Below the pieces are notes generated by a model. That model saw only the letters and a program-made list of their open reading frames with translations. It was not told where the DNA came from and ran no database searches. A program made the translations under genes and the position numbers. This document shows positions 49,064 to 61,760 of a DNA stretch of 64,000 nucleotides, in pieces. Origin of the DNA: Octopus sinensis (Eukaryota); NCBI RefSeq assembly GCF_006345805.1, contig NC_043017.1:3286001-3350000 (forward strand), in the 5' to 3' direction. Every line of letters begins with the position of its first letter. The first letter of the stretch is position 1.

Positions 49064-51494
49064 TAATCCGTTCCACTATAGGCACAAGGCCTGCAATTTT
49101 AAAGGCCCTTAGTAACTGGCCGATACTTATTTTATCGACCTTGAAAGGATGAAAGGCGAAGTCGACTGTGGGACAGAATTTGAAAAAGTCCATGTAATAA
49201 TAATAATAATAATACGATGTGAAGTGTTCGATGAAGACAACCATGTTAGCAACTTATCTATTTATTTTTATATATTTTCCCTTCGTTCGTGACAAACGTG
49301 GCACTCGGGAAAAAGAAAGAAAAACTTCAAAAAGCGTTTTGTGACTTGTCAAACATGTAGGACGAGTGTCCAACATTAACGATCCTGTATACGTGGTTGC
49401 TCGTGAACTGAATCACCCTTCCTACTATCATAAGGAAGGACTGCACTATCGCAGATAATATCAGTCTTTTCTACATAATCCGTACGATAAAAATGCCTAT
49501 ACGGGCCTCTCTGCTCGATCAGGGTTCACTCGTGGTTAAATAAAAAGCCCGCGAGACAGCGCACGCACGCACGAGTTTGAATTTATAGGGCGAAAAGGAG
49601 TCCCTATATGGTTTATTTGACCTGCTAGAAATAGCAACGTTTAATTTTCACCAACCTAGTTTATTTATGACTACATGCATAATCAAATGTATGTATACTA
49701 ATGGAATACCTATGACCTTTAGTCAACTACGACCAGGGTCTTTGGCCTGAGTCTAAACAAAATATTAATATCGAATAACAGGCAACATAAGAAGTTAAAA
49801 GATTCTGTGAAAAAGTTTCGTTTAAAATATAATTAAAGAAAAACAGTGCACAGACACAAAATTTGGATAATAGTCAAGTTTTAAACAAGTAATTAATGGA
49901 TAAATTAGTAAAATATACAGCATAAACAATAAGCTAATTGAGTTGCTAAAGAGAGAGAGAGAGAGAATGTGTGTGTGTGTGTGTTATACATACATAACAC
50001 GCACACCATATATATGTATATACACACGTACACACACTTGAGAATAAAGACAAATTGAAGGGAGTTACAAAATAAAGATACAAGCAAAATATCTTAGCAA
50101 GGTCAAATCTAATAATAATAATGTTATTTAATACATCGTTATTTGTTCAATTTAGCAACTAGTTTTACTAATGTTTAGCCATTCTTGCAGAGAATTACAG
50201 ACAGCACTGTAGTGGGTGTTATAATAAAAAAAGGTTGATAGCTATAGGCATCACATCTTTTAACCAAACAGTGTATGAATGTTGCACTACATTATTCAAC
50301 GTAAACTTTGAAAATAATAGAATGTGGTGTAAAAAAAGATTTAGCTGCTATTTCTAGTAATTTCTAGTAGTCTCCCAGCAAGTTTTAGAAAATTGTTTGA
50401 ACGTCCAAGTTAGCCACTACTGGTCACGCAAGCAGAGTTATAATCGAAGGCGTTCCAACCGTAACCATCCAGTCTGGCTTACATCATCCTGCCTAAGATT
50501 ACATCAGCCAAACATATATATATATTTTTTTTTTTTTTTTTTTTTTAAGAAAGTAGGCTACGATTTGTGATTTATAATAAATCTTTTCCCGAAGGAAACT
50601 CCCACGATAGCTTTAACACTTCAGGAAGTAAAAACTGATTCTAAGTCCATAGAAAAAATATGTCCTGCAATTTTATTAACACGATCTTAATCTACATCGC
50701 CAAAAACAAAATCTTTTTAAAAGTGCATTTTTGATTATCAAGTTACGAAAAAAAAGTCACGCGACACCACCGATTTGTGGTTTGTCGAGGGGTTCTCAAA
50801 TTATTGCAATCAAACCCCAAGATACACATAGAAAATACATATACTATGGTTAAGATTTGTAAAGCAGTAATAGTACCTCAAGACAACACAAGAAAAAAAA
50901 ATCTCTGCTTAATATATCACATACTAGGATTCGTAAGCTTATGATAGGAATAAAGCGCGCAACTTTGATTAGGATTCGGTAATTAATTGTTTGTCGCATG
51001 GCAGAAAGCCTAAAATTTTGGAGGAATGAGTTGGTAGCAACGACCTTAATAACAACAATTCACAATTTCAGCTGTTCATTACACGTGGATTGAGTAGATA
51101 AGAGCTTCTTCCGAAACAAGGCGCGCGCGAGTATAGAAATATATAGAAATTGTGTGAATGTGCCAAAATGTAATTTCCTCGAATAAAAGAAAAAATAAGG
51201 AGGGGAATTTTTTAATCTACCAATTATTTTTTTTTTATCCATTTGCATAATTTTTTTTTTTTTTTTTTTCAAATTTACGTTTCCCTAAATTCAGACAAAA
51301 CTGAAAATTTACGGAAAATAGGAGAGCCCCCACATGAAAAAAAAAAAGGGGGAATGACAGAATTGTAATCTATAGGGATAAAAAATACGCGATTCATAAT
51401 TTCCGACTCTTCAACGTAAACACGATATAATGTAGTGGTGGGGGTCTTTTGTTTCCCGAAAACAAGAACAAAAAGGGATCGCAACAAAACTTAC

Positions 51495-51690
51495 CCTTTT
51501 GTGGTTTGATCCTTAAAAAATTAATGAAGTTTTCACGATGAAGTTACTGTTTAGAAAAAACAGAACTGGTATCTTTAAAATACGAAAGGTGGATGATAAG
51601 ATGTGCTTGTGCGAAAGATAAGCTGTGGGTCCGTTTGAGTGTTGAACGAATTGAAATACAAACAACGGACACCTGACACAAAAAAGTTTT
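51495..51690 (-). other. Probable non-coding first exon (5' UTR) of GLUL
   Basis: Consensus donor AGG|GTAAGT at 51494, about 195 nt downstream of a TATAAAA; no ATG on the minus strand across the interval. The 5' boundary is estimated from TATA spacing. Confidence 0.6.
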
Positions 51691-51714
51691 AATAAAGTTG
51701 AAGAGTTGGCAACA

Positions 51715-51945
51715 TTTTATACCTCAAAAACCAGCCTCACTTTCAGTTGCTAGGCGAGGGGGGCGGGAGAAAGGAAAAGGGGAAAGAAGAGGGAACGAGA
51801 GATAGGGAAAAGGAAGAAGGAAACAAAGAGGGGGAAAACTTTTTTCTTTTTCCTTTTTCTTTTGTCACTAAAAGTATTACAATTAATAGTTTTAATAATT
51901 TTTTCACTCTCGCCTCTTCCTTTCCTCCACAAACCAACCAATTAG
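51715..51945 (-). promoter_or_regulatory. Candidate GLUL core promoter: TATA box (51721-51715), GC box (51761-51766), CCAAT-like site (~51938)
   Basis: GAGGTATAAAATG on the minus strand, with GGGCGG and CCAAT upstream, followed by a long CT/GA-rich tract (about 52000-52900). Confidence 0.55.
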
Positions 51946-51999
51946 CTATCGGCAAATACTTTGGCTTCGATCACTGAATTTTTTTCATTCGCCCAGTAA

Positions 52000-52664
52000 T
52001 TCATTCTTTCTTTCTCTCTCTCACTCTTTCTCTCTCTCTCTCTCACTCACTGTCTCAACCCCTTTCAGTTTTAATCTTTCTATTTCTTCCTCAGTCTCCT
52101 CCTCTTTCTCCTCTCTCTCTCTCTCTCTCTCTTTCTGTCTTTCCCGGAAACACAGTCGACCACTTCATACTCTAGTTTTTCTCTCAAATCAAATATACTC
52201 TCTCTCTCTCTCTCTTCCTCTCTGCCTTCGTCTCTCTTCCTCTCTGTCTTCTTCTCTCATTCTCTCTCTCTCTCTCGCACTCTGCCTTCTTCTCTCTCTC
52301 TCTCTCTCTCTCTGTTGACCACCTCATACTCCACCAGTCTTTCTTGACAAATCCCACACTTTCTCTTTACCTTCCGTGTCGTCTTACACTCCGTCTATTT
52401 CATTCATACTTTCTCTCTATCTTCATTTTGTTCTCTCAGAAGAGTCAGTCATCACGCCAATATTAACAACACACACACACACCGGTTCGATTCTCTTCCT
52501 TTATTATTAATCGGTTAGATATCTACCCAAACTAAACTAATCAACCAATTGTTTAACTTGTTGGTTAAACAATCATTCGTTTTCTGTTGTTTTTTTTTAT
52601 TCACATAAAGAATCTTACAAACGAAATATCTTTGTAGCGCTTTCTTCCGTAAATTTCTGCCAGT

Positions 52665-52697
<33 letters not shown>

Positions 52698-52724
52698 GTT
52701 TCATTTCTTTCTCAAATCATATTT

Positions 52725-52759
<35 letters not shown>

Positions 52760-52800
52760 TTAGTTGTGTGTCTCTCTTCCTTCTCGCTCACTTCAACTAC
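52000..52800. repeat. CT/GA-rich low-complexity tract upstream of the GLUL promoter
   Basis: Multiple (CT)n runs. Confidence 0.85.
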
Positions 52801-52936
52801 TTTTATCTCCTCACACCCGCTTCATATATATATTTACAATTCATTTTCTTATTTTCTTTTCCTCCTCAATCGCTCCCGGTTTTCTCGCCTCCGCTTTAAT
52901 CTCTTCCTCCAAATAATCTACCTTTCACCATTCTGT

Positions 52937-53336
52937 TTCTTTACTACCCACAAGGTGCCACACACACAGAGGGGACAAACAAGGACAGACAAACGGATTA
53001 AGTCGATTACATCGACCCCAGTACTTAACTGGTACCCGAAAGGATGAAAGGCAAGGTCGACTTCGGTAGAATTTGAACTCAAAACGTAAAGACAGACGAA
53101 ATACCTATTTCTTTTCTACCCACAAGGGGCTAAACACAGAGGGGACAAACAAGGACAGACAAACGGATCAAGTCGATTACATCGACCCCAGTGTGTAACT
53201 GGTACTTATATAATCGACCCCGAAAGGATGAAAGGCAAGGTCGACTTCGGCGGAATTCGAACTCAGAACGTAACGGCAAACGAAATACGACTACGCATTT
53301 CGCCCGGCGTGCTAACCACTCTGCCAGCTCGCCGCC
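52937..53336 (-). mobile_element. SINE family A dimer
   Basis: Junction at about 53098-53111. Confidence 0.85.
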
Positions 53337-53937
53337 TCATTCTCCACCATGCTTTATTCCTCTCGTTGTTTTCTTTGTTTCAAATTATTTTCTTCTTCTT
53401 TTCCGATCGTCCCTCCCTCTACGAAAAAAAAACCCCAAATGACTGTAATTGAGATGCTTTTGATTAATCGATCTAGCATCGATCAGTGTCTGACGTGAGG
53501 CTAAACAACTTTTTTTTTTCAAAAGCCGAAGAGACTGACCCTCTTTGAAAATAGGCACCGCATTGTGGTGTATTTTTGTAACTGATGTGAAATTGGCGGG
53601 AGATTCGTTGTTCACTGCTGATAGTCAGCCCCCAGTGAAACAGACAACCCTATGATTAAAAGGGGTTCCACATGGGTTCATCCGGCTGCCCGGGAACAGA
53701 TGTACTCTTGACTACATAATACCAAAAATAAAACGGAATATTTTTTCAGTATTTTATGTAAAAACAGAAAATATTATAATTTATTATTTTACCTCAAAAA
53801 AAAGTAATTTAATATTATATTGGACCAATCCCTTAAAATAATAGCAGAGTAATTATTTCGCCGAAAATCGTAATCTTTTTGGATTGTTTTAAATATCGGA
53901 GATGACGATTGTAAAAAAAGAGATCAATTTTCCTTTC

Positions 53938-54154
53938 CTTTACTCTTTTACTTGTTTCAGTCATTTGAATGCGGCCATGCTGGAGCACCGCCTTTAGTCG
54001 AGCAACTCGACCCCGGGACTTATTCTTTGTAAGCCCAGTACTTATTCTATCGGTCTCTTTTGCCGAACCGCTAGGTGACGGGGACGTAAGCACACCAGCA
54101 TCGGTTGTCAGGCGATGTTGGGGGGGGGGGAGGACAAACACACACACAAACAGA

Positions 54155-54213
<59 letters not shown>

Positions 54214-54315
54214 CCTTTAAGGCCCTCATGCTTTCCGAAATCCGCCGAAACTACACCTGATTATATATACACTTTAGATGAGTTGTAGTGCACCTGAGCA
54301 CTGTACACAATTATT

Positions 54316-54357
<42 letters not shown>

Positions 54358-54540
54358 CGACAGGCTTCTTTCAGTTTCCGTCTACCAAATCCACTCACAA
54401 GGCATTGGTCGGCCCGGGGCCATAGCAGAAGACACTTGCCCAAGATGCCACGCAGTGGGACTGAACCCGGAACCATGTGGTTGGTTAGCAAGCTACTTAC
54501 CACACAGCCACTCCTGCGCCTATAAAAAGTTCTCCGCCCG
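53938..54540 (-). mobile_element. SINE family B (antisense) with an extra ~115-bp insert in its microsatellite
   Basis: Reverse-complement match; the insert at about 54215-54330 is absent from the other copies. Confidence 0.85.
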
Positions 54541-55299
54541 CAGAGGAACGTAATTTTTTTTCTTTCTTCTGTTGTGTCTGGGGAGAGTCATTCTCTTTTT
54601 GTGTCTTATAATCTAACTCACTCACCGTAAAATTTCCACTTTTTTCTTATTTTTATTTTCCTAAAATTTTCGTTGCGTCTTGCAACCTTTTCAAGAGTCT
54701 TGACTCTTTTCTTTCTTTTGTCTTGTTCTTATTTTCAAATTTTATTTTAAGTCTGGAGATTACAATTCTGCAAATATTAATTTTAGAAAACTCTAAAAAT
54801 ATTCTTGTAAAAATGCTTTATCGTGTTTTTTGGGTTTTTTTTTTCCATTTTTTCCCCTTTGATCAGCGTATTCTAAGCTTTCATTAATTAGCAATGGAAA
54901 GTTAAAAGCTACACATATATAATTTACCGTCGGCGAGTTTGGCAGAATCTTTAATAAGTCGGACAACATGCTTAGTGGTAATCCTTTCGGCTCCTTATGT
55001 TTTGAGTTCAAATTCCGCCGAGGTTAACGTTAGCACACTTCGCCTTTCATCCTTTTGGGGGTCGACAAAATAAGTACTAATTAAGCAGTGAGGTTGATGT
55101 AATCGACACTGACCCACCACCCAAATTTCAGACCTTGTGTCAATAATAGAAAGAATTTTATGGCGAGGTTATTGCCCGAGAGAATATTCTGGAAAACTTT
55201 TTCCTCGGAAGGTCAATGCTTTAGTCAGTATGTATCACTTTCGAAGCATAGCGAGGCTGAATAGATATGGTATTCACTTCGCAAACACAAGGTCCCGAG

Positions 55300-55667
55300 C
55301 CCCAGAGGGGACAAACAAGGACAAAGGGATTAAGTCGATTACATCGACCCCAGTGCGTAGCTGGTACTTATTTAATCGAACCCCGAAAGGATGAAAGGCA
55401 AAGTCGACCTCGGCGGAATTTGAACTCAGAACGTAACGGCAGACGGAATACCTATTTCTCTACTACCCACGAGGGGCTAAACACAGAGAGGACAAACGGA
55501 TTAAGTCGATTATATTGACGCCAGTGTGTAACTGGTACTTAATTTATCGACCCCGAAAGGATGAAAGGCAAAGTCGACCTCGGCGGAATTTGAACTCAGA
55601 ACGTAACGGCAGACGAAATACGGCTACGCATTTCGCCTGGTGTGCTAACGTTTCTGCCAGCTCGCGG
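55300..55667 (-). mobile_element. SINE family A dimer
   Basis: Junction GGAATACCTATTTC at about 55445. Confidence 0.85.
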
Positions 55668-55926
55668 CCCCGAGTTCCATATTACTTTTGCAGACGTCAA
55701 ATTTCTGTTGCCTTCGGTTGACTCATGTGACTGAAATTAGGTATAGCTGTGTCTATATTGTAATTCTCTGGCAGAATCAGCGTGGTGCTGAGTCAAAGCT
55801 GTACTTTTTCCCCCGATTCACCAAAAATATTCCACACAAAGCAAAGAATTACGAACTGAGTGAAGAGAGTTGTCCTGGAACAGATCAGAGAAAGGCGATG
55901 AAACGTTTTTTTACACTTTTAGTAGG

Positions 55927-57996
55927 CAGGCGTAGGAGTGGCTGTGTGGTAAGTAGCTTGCTAACCAACCACATGGTTCCGGGTTCAGTCCCACTGCGTG
56001 GCATCTTGGGCAAGTGTCTTCTGCTATAGCCCTGGGCCGACCAATGCCTTGTGAGTGGATTTGGTAGACGACGGAAACTGAAAGAAGCCTGTCGTATATA
56101 TGTATATATATGTATATATGTGTGTGTCTGTGTTTGTCCCCCTAGCATTGCTTGACAACCGATGCTGGTGTGTTTACGTCCCCGTCACTTAGCGGTTCGG
56201 CAAAAAGAGACCGATAGAATAAGTACTGGGCTTACAAAGAATAAGTCCTGGGGTCGATTTGCTCGACTAAAGGCGGTGCTCCAGCATGGCCGCAGTCAAA
56301 TGACTGAAACAAGTAAAAGAGTAAAAGAGAGAGAGAGAGTACTTCTCAGAAATAAACCATAACTAAACGAACTAATATTGTAAACTGACCTTCAATAGAG
56401 GTCAAGCTACCATATAGAGCCTGTCTGCAGTGTAGTGGTGTCCATTTTATGTAATAAAGATTTGATTCACACTGTTGCAGATGTATGGTAAGAAGCTTGC
56501 TTACCAACCACATGGTTCCAGGTTCAGTTCCAATGCATGGCACCTTGGGCAAGTGTCTCTACTATAGCCTTGAGCTGACCAAAATCTTGTGAGTGAATTT
56601 GGTAGACGGAAACTGGAAGAAGCTCATCGTATATATATCTATGTGTGTATGTCTCTGTTTGTCTCACACAACCGGTGTTGATGCGTTTACAACCTCCATA
56701 ACTTAGCGGTTCGGCAAAGAGAAACCAATAGAATAACTACCAGGATTTTAAAAACATAATAGGTCCTGGAGTCGATTTGTTTGACTAAAACCCTTCAAGG
56801 CAGTGCTCCAGCTTGGACACAGTCAAATGATTGAAGCAAGTAAAAGAATCATTTTAGCCCCAGGTCAGCTCTGATTATGCAGACCTATGATCAAAGTCAT
56901 TCTAACATAAGGCATCTAGGACTACTAATATGTACCTTATTATTTAACCCCAGCTGATACCTGATGAAGCTCACTTATGATCAATGGTACTCCAGTATGT
57001 ACCCTCTTGCAGTGATTTAACCCCAGGACATCCCTGATCAAACTGAACTTTGATCAAGGGTGTTCTAGCAGTGACCATGCCATATCCAATGAATATTTTA
57101 CTATAAGCCTTTGGATTTGTAAACACGACCCTTTAGCATCTAAACTGACCGTATCTGACCCAAAATATTTTACCTGTTTTACAGTCAAACTGACTAAATC
57201 CAACCTCTTACACCTATCCTACAATGCCATTCTAAAAATTAACAATTACATCACTAAAATCCCAAAGGTATAAGATAATTCATCATCATCATCATCATCA
57301 TCAACATCATCATTTAAAGTCCATTTTCCATGCTGGCATGGGTTGGATGGTTTACCAGAAGCTGATCAGTTGAAGGGCTGTTCAGGTCCTGTATCATTAA
57401 TGACATGGTTTCTAACGCTTGAATGCACTTCTTAACACCAACAGATTGTACTGGGTGCTTTTCACATGGCACCAGCACTTACAAGCCCATAAGATTAGGA
57501 ATGCTATTTTTAACATGTCAAAAGACCACATAATGCCTCTTTCAAAATGGCTGAACAAAAAGCCACTTCCTTTGAGCAAAGGTTATCCCCCTCTGTGACC
57601 ACTGAACATGGTGCTTGTAGGATTACCTTTTATTTAAGACCATAATGAAGCTTCACTGAGATTTCGCTGTTGCTTAACACATAATGACCACCTGATGTCT
57701 CTCAAATTTCAATGTGAATTTCAATGACAAAATTCACACAATGAAACAGGATGTAAGTATTGACCTTTTAATTTGATAAAACTTTATAAATCAAACATTT
57801 TGAGAACAACAGCAACATTCCTTTCCAATGACTGGATTAACTACCAAAGAATTCTTTGGCCCTACTCACAGATTGATCAGTTTATATACATAATATATGC
57901 GTGGCATCTTGGGCAAGTGTCTTCTGCTATAGCCCCGGGCCGACCAATGCCTTGTGAGTGGATTTGGTAGACGGAAACTGAAAGAAGCCTGTCGTA

Positions 57997-58035
<39 letters not shown>

Positions 58036-59917
58036 GCGTGTGTGTTTATGTGTCTGTGTTTGTCCCCCTAGCATTGCTTGACAACCGATGCTGGTGTGTT
58101 TATGTCCCCGTTACTTAGCGGTTCAGCAAAAGAGACCGATAGAATAAGTACTGGGCTTACAAAAGAATAAGTCCCGGGGTCGAGTTGCTCGATTAAAGGC
58201 GGTGCTCCAGCATGGCCGCAGTCAAATGACTGAAACAAGTAAAAGAGTAAAGAGTATATACACAGAATATGTATATATACATGAGTATATACACATAATA
58301 TATGTGTGTATATATTATATACACAATATATGTGTATCAGCATTATATATATATATATATATGTATATACATAATATATTTATAACTGGTGTCTGTATAG
58401 TTGTATGTATGCGTGTGTGTTTGAGTTGATGTCATGATGATTGTAAATGAGTATCACCGTCATACAAGCGACATTGTTCCCAATCTCCTGTGAAAATATG
58501 TACTAGGATCAGTTTGTTTGACTACTAAGCCCTTCAAGGCATTGCCCCAGCATGGCCACAGTCCAATGACTGAAATCAGTAAAACATAAAGGGGACAGAC
58601 ACACACACACAATGTATACAATATATAGATGCTTCCCAACCACATAGTGTGTGTGTGTGTCTGTCTGCCCCCCCCCCCCCCCACATCGCTTGCCAACCGA
58701 TGCTGGTGTGTTTACGTCCCTGTAACTTTGCAGTTCAGCAAACAAGAGCCAATAGAATAAGTACTAGGCTTACAAAGAATAAGTCCTGGGGTCGATTTAC
58801 TCAACTAAAGGCGGTGCTCCAGCATGGCCACAATCACCTGACCGAAACAAGTGAAGAGAAAATAGCACATCTTTGAATCTGGTCACCTATAGCTTTTAAC
58901 AAAATCCTACAACAGTATATAATCGCAGTATATACACCAGCGTTTAGTATTGAATACCACTTAAACTGGGAGTTAAATATCCCGAATAAACCTTGTAGTG
59001 AGAAGATCTCCAGAATCAACAAAGAATCATCGACAGCAAAGACAAGTTCTCTTATTTCTTTACTACCCACAAGGGGCTAAACACAGAGGGGACAAACAAG
59101 GACAGACAAACAGATTAAAGGCAAGTTCTCTTACTGTTAAATAAACATTGAGATTTGAATGATAAGGGAGATAACTCCATTGTTCTATTTTAAATTTTGT
59201 AAACTAATCAATATGACTTATTCTAAAAGACTAAAGAATTTAGATTGATAAACAACGTCGGTAATACAAATGTGTACGTAGCAATAACAATCTTTTACTC
59301 TCAGTAAATCTTTGTTGATTTTCGATGACTTCCTGCTACGTAATTTATCAACGCAGGAGTGGCTGTGTGGTAAGTAGCTTGCTTACCAGCCACATGGATC
59401 CGGGTTCAGTCCCACTGCATGACACCTTGGGCAACTGTCTTTTACTATAGCCTCGGGCTGACCATAGCCTTGTGAGTGGATTTGGTAGACGGAAACTGAA
59501 AGAAGCCCGTCGTGTGTGTGTGTGTGTGTGTGTGTTTGTCTCCCCATCATCGCTTGACTTAGCGGTTTGGGAGAAGAGACCGATAGGCTTACAAAGAATA
59601 AATCCTGGGGTCTATTTGTCCGACTGAAGGCGGTGCTCCAGCATGGCCGCAATCAAATGACTGAAACAAATATAAGAACAAAAGAATGATACAAGGATGC
59701 TGGTGGCGGTGGTGGAGAGGAGACGGTAAAATAAGTAAGCGGGGTAAAATGAGTAATTTCTGCGTGGTAAGTAGCTTGCTTATAAACCACATGGTTCCAG
59801 GTTCAGTCCCACTGCATGGCACCTTGGGCAAGTGTTTTTTACTATAGCCTTGGGCCGACCAAAGCCTTGTGAGTGGATTTGGTAGACAGAAACTGAAAGA
59901 AGCCCGTCGTATATATG

Positions 59918-59948
<31 letters not shown>

Positions 59949-60135
59949 ATATGTTTGTGTGTCTGTGTTTGTCCCCCCAAACATCGCTTGACAACCAATG
60001 CTGGTGTGTTTACATCCCCATAACTTAGCGGTTCGGTAAAAGAGACTGATAGAATAAGTCCTGGGGTCGATCTGCTCAACTATAGGCAGTGCTCCAGCAT
60101 GGCCACAGTCACATGACTGAAACATGTAAAAGAGT
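55927..60135 (+). mobile_element. Cluster of SINE family B copies (about 55927-56330, 56490-56848, 57900-58252, 58640-58858, 59355-59680, 59765-60135)
   Basis: Repeated matches to the consensus. Confidence 0.85.
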
Positions 60136-60409
60136 ATATACATATATATACACACACACACATTATATTTTGTATAGTTGCATCATCTTTAGGAATAAAA
60201 TCTGGTCAACGTAGGTGTTGTTGAAGTTGAGAGGGTCCGAAGCATAGTCAGGTGACTTACTTTCTTAATTCCTCAACATTGATCTGATTGTAACTGAGGT
60301 TGCAAATAGAATATCTGGATAACTTTTGGTGTTCGACAATCAATATTCTTTCCTCTTTCAGATTTTAAGTCAATTTTCTCTTACACTAATGTCTAATTTG
60401 GTAATTTTC

Positions 60410-60600
60410 AATTTTCAAAAAATTATATCTAAATTGGGACAAAATGAGCAAGTGGAGGAGGAGATTGGGAGGATTGGCTTGAGGAGAGAGGATACCCAAA
60501 ACCAGGCTAGATGGTGTGAGAGCAGTTGCTGTAAGGATGTGGTAGACCTGGCCACCCCTATTGATGGGGATAAACCCGGATTTAAAATATTGGAATTCAT
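60410..60600 (+). mobile_element. RTE-like LINE 3' end fragment
   Basis: VEEEIGRIGLRREDTQNQARWCE followed by ggccacccctattgatggggataaacccggatt, resembling RTE 3' termini. Confidence 0.45.
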
Positions 60601-61029
60601 TTATTCAAGCATAACACTGCAACTCTGCAGTTGCGTATGTGTTTGAAATAATATGATTCATTTCTTGATATTTTGTTATTTAGTGTTTCTATGGCACGCT
60701 TTATACTCTTGTACTGCTGTAGCTAACTTTTACGTTTTTCCTATTAAATAGTTTGTGATATTTATATTTAGCTGGGAAGTGTTTGGTAATTGGTGATAGA
60801 AAAGTTTATGCCACATTTGTTGTTACATTTATACTAAAGGGCAGGTTGAACCAGGTAAGTGTGCTTTCTGACTCTATTTCGTTTGTTGCTTGTTTGTGTG
60901 TATCAGGGAATGTATTGTAGCTTTTCTTTAATCTTGCGTACTTTAAGGGCATTGTTTTAGAGAGAAGCCGCTTTGTTGAATATATTTTTTGCCTTATTGA
61001 ATGATATTTTAAACATTCATCTTCCTAGT

Positions 61030-61420
61030 AACATCCCAAAGACATATAAGAAAGCTAATCCTAAAACGTGCAACTTCATTGACAAGAAAGCAAGCAGTTG
61101 GCTTTGGTCACTTGGATAAACGATAGACTATGATGTTTAGCAGCTAGGCCATCCTAGATTACTCTAAAAGACCATAAGTCTAAATTTCTTAACTGACCCT
61201 AAAATGCAGGCTCATTAATTCTACTGAAAGTGAATTAGACAAAATCACAAAGGTCATACTTGATGCAACTCACGATAGAATTACACAGTCAAATCTGTTT
61301 TCCGTTCTGGAAAAACAGTTCTTCAGAAATAAATTGGTTCAACAACTTACAGGACAAACCTAAACTCTAAATTCACACAAGTCTACTATTGGTGACTTTT
61401 ACTCTCCTATTATTGAAACC
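61030..61420 (+). pseudogene. Penelope-like element (PLE) reverse transcriptase remnant
   Basis: Frameshifted pieces NIPKTYKKA, ITLKDHKSKF, CRLINSTESELDKITKVILD, WKNSSSEINWFNNL and DFYSPI match the PLE RT pattern ITLKDHK..F...P.CRLINPAKSELG ... DFYPSI. Not in the ORF track. Confidence 0.7.
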
Positions 61421-61441
61421 ATTATACATGAATATATATCA

Positions 61442-61668
61442 TATGTGTGTGTGTGTGTGTTTGTATATATGTGTGTGTGTATGGTATGTGTGTGTGTGAG
61501 TGTGTATGCGTGTATGTTTGTATATATGTATGTCTGTATGGTATATATATGTATGTGTGTGTGTGTATGTTTGTATATATGTATGTATGGTATATGTGTG
61601 TGTGTGTTTGTATATATGTATGTACGTATGCTATGTGTATGTGTGTGTGTATGGTCCATATATATATG

Positions 61669-61744
<76 letters not shown>

Positions 61745-61760
61745 TTATATGTATATATAC
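61442..61760. repeat. Compound (TG)n/(TA)n microsatellite
   Basis: Direct read. Confidence 0.95.

Noticed and set aside
56960-56990. CCTGATGAAG as a second hammerhead
   Set aside because: No stem II and no downstream GAAA; it lies in a degenerate tandem repeat.
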